Positions 61,801 to 64,000 of a stretch of 64,000 nt of DNA are shown piece by piece. The position numbers and the translations under genes were made by a program. The notes beneath the pieces were generated by a model that did not search any database, was not told the DNA's origin, and saw only the letters and a program-made list of their open reading frames with translations. The DNA lies in contig CAJFCJ010000046.1 in NCBI GenBank assembly GCA_904063045.1, positions 240,892 to 304,891 of the forward strand. Direction: 5' to 3'. Source of the stretch: Dimorphilus gyrociliatus (Eukaryota > Animalia > Annelida). The first letter of the stretch is position 1. Each line of letters starts with the position of its first letter.

Positions 61801-64000
61801 TCAAGAGAATAAATGCGCTGGCAGCTCAATAAGGCCTAGAATTACGGATAAGTGGCATTTCCTTGAATGGTTTTTAATGGCTAGATTTTGATGAAAGTTT
61901 CCTAACCAATTATTACAAATAAATTACAACTTTTAATGATTTATTTCAATGCAGTATTGCTGTTCTCACCTCACTGATAATAAACACTTCAAACAAACAA
62001 TACCAATCAACAATAAACTAATTCCAACACACCAATCATTCTTTCACATTTCTCTTTCACAACATAGAAACTAGGACACAGAGGTCGCTGCGTATCATAC
62101 TACAGATTCCATTTGTGTTTTCCTCTCTACGTGTATAGGACCAAACAAAAAACAAACACAAGCAATTATTAGCTATAGGTTTTCTTTGACGCCACATAGA
62201 CTGTTTACTCCAAAGTAGATGTTGTGGCAATTAACACAATTGTCCACTTTTCCAACTTTGTTCTGTTCTATATGCAGCAGAGTAATAGTAGTAAAATAAT
62301 TGCTGACACAGAGGTTTTCTATAATAGCTGAAAGTATGACATTTAGGTAGATAAACTACAAACAACAACGATTGGTGGAGCTTGGTTCCACGTGACAAAC
62401 AAACAAGATGCAACTGCAACCAATGATGAAATTTCGTAAGAATATATTAATTATTAGTAATTTTTCTTTTAATTGTCTATATACTACTCAATATTCAAAC
62501 ATTCCAGACTAACTCAACATGAAATGTGCAGTCAACTCATTCACTTGAAGGAAAACCATTATAGTTACTGGAGATAATTCAGGTATTGGTAAAGAATGAA
62601 CCGGATTTCATCAAAAGGGGAGCAAGAGTTATTATAGCCTGCAGAAGTTTGACGTGAGGTTTTGATGGTAAATTGGATATTCTTTATATCAAAAGTAGAT
62701 ATTAGCAAAACAATGAGAGGAATGTTGAAAGCTTCAAGAAGGTATTCTTTTTCATCCTTTAAAAGACTCATACTTTCTTCTTTTAGTTTCTTTTGAATCT
62801 TAATTCTTTCCCAAAAAAGTGTGGAAAGAAGTTTCTGAGACTGTTTTCATCAAATTGATATATTTCAAAAACAAAGTCATAAGTTTTCTTCAATTTCAAA
62901 CAACTTTGATTTTCTTGACCAAACCATAGCTGGGAAATTTGTATAACTTTGTTTGATATGATCTTTATTGTTCAAAAACTGAAATTACGGAATTGTTTGA
63001 TATTTTTTTTTACCCGTTCCTTTAAATTCATTCCATGTATTTTGAACTTTGTTCATCGTGTAATTTGCAATTAAACCTAACATTTATAAATAATAATAAT
63101 AGGATTGATTTGATCCTGTCATAATTGTAATATCTTGAAATATTAACTACTTCATTAATTAATAATCTAGATTCTTAAAATAATTTCCGAGTTCATACTA
63201 CTTGAATGACATATGACAACCTAATCATGACCTTAGCAAAAAAGACAACGTGCTGAAAACCGCAAAGGATTATAATCTAATTGAATTTAATCAGCAAGAT
63301 AATCCTAACCCGTTTAAAGCTTTACAGCCTTTTTCTCAGAAATCTTATTTTATCCTCCAGGAATTCCAAGTTAAAGCTTTGTTGTCTTGTATATAACCTT
63401 TGGTTTTTATTAGCAAAGTCAAAGGATTAGATCTTACTGTTAAAACGATATTCGTTTTTAGCTGAGTACACCAAGATGTACATATTCCTAAAGTGTTTCA
63501 TTTGCTAGCATTTATTAGCTGAAGTATTGGAAAAAAAAACTACAATTGTCAATTAGTTTTTTAAATTAAGCAATTTGAAGTAGTTCACATATTCTGGATT
63601 ACTTAATCTTTAATCTTTTAGGTCAATCTATTCTATTGGATTTCTACAGGGAACTTTCCCAGAAATGACAAAAATCTAGAAGATTATAATTAGTTGCTTT
63701 GCAGTTGGGAAACTGCTCATTTTATATTTTTAGCAAATAGATGTTATAAAGTCAAACATTTAGTATTGAACTACAATCAATGATATATTATTTTACCAAG
63801 AAATAATACTAATTAATCATAATACCTTGTCAACATTTAATTGCCTTAGTCTCTCTTACCAGTATCCACACTACATTCTACACCAATTAGAGGGTAATCT
63901 GTACAAATAGCAGCATTTATAGTAATCAGTAAGACTTCTAATTTATAATAATTGTAATGAAAGAACTCTAGAAAAACTTTTATTTTGTGGGAATACAATA

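Larger units (their letters stand above)
53543..64000. repeat. Giant inverted duplication 2: arms 53543-58578 and 59001-64000 (continues past the window), 422-bp spacer
   Basis: Mirrored ORFs (57769/59810, 57699/59880, 58025/59554, 56217/61350). Base 64000 pairs with 53543, and the inner junction pairs 58578 with 59001. Confidence 0.95.

Noticed and set aside
61076-61832. Second SDR copy as an independently evolving pseudogene
   Set aside because: Differences from the left copy are almost all single-base deletions typical of read error, so decay cannot be inferred.

Overview
AT-rich eukaryotic (invertebrate-like) genomic DNA with short GT-AG introns (several of 57-72 nt). Gene content and compactness resemble a lophotrochozoan such as the annelid Dimorphilus, but that is an inference. 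The window is a fast-turnover immune/sensory gene neighbourhood. It holds dispersed NLR-type (ribonuclease-inhibitor-like, 57-aa period) LRR fragments, a catalytically dead caspase homologue, an F-type-lectin gene broken by a FLYWCH/Mutator remnant, three copies of a chitin-binding/TSP1/C1q gene (one intact), and several GRL101/RXFP-like LDLa-LRR GPCRs (one apparently complete). It also holds a DEG/ENaC channel with a ~500-aa extracellular insertion, a peptide-type GPCR, a claudin-like gene and tRNA-Ser(AGA). Three genes look bacterial: a YpgQ-like HD hydrolase, a Bacteroidetes-type SDR and a secreted lamin-tail domain. Mobile DNA includes a Ty3/gypsy LTR+PBS+gag remnant primed by tRNA-Ser, two Tc1 remnants and two GGG-ended MITE types with 8- and 10-bp TSDs. 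Two giant inverted duplications dominate the structure: 14453-26355 and 53543 to beyond 64000. Their arms differ almost only by 1-bp indels, consistent with sequencing noise and possibly fold-back artefacts. The exception, and the most unusual signal, is one ~610-bp block in the first palindrome that is heavily substituted and covers exactly two ectodomain exons of an LDLa receptor-like gene.
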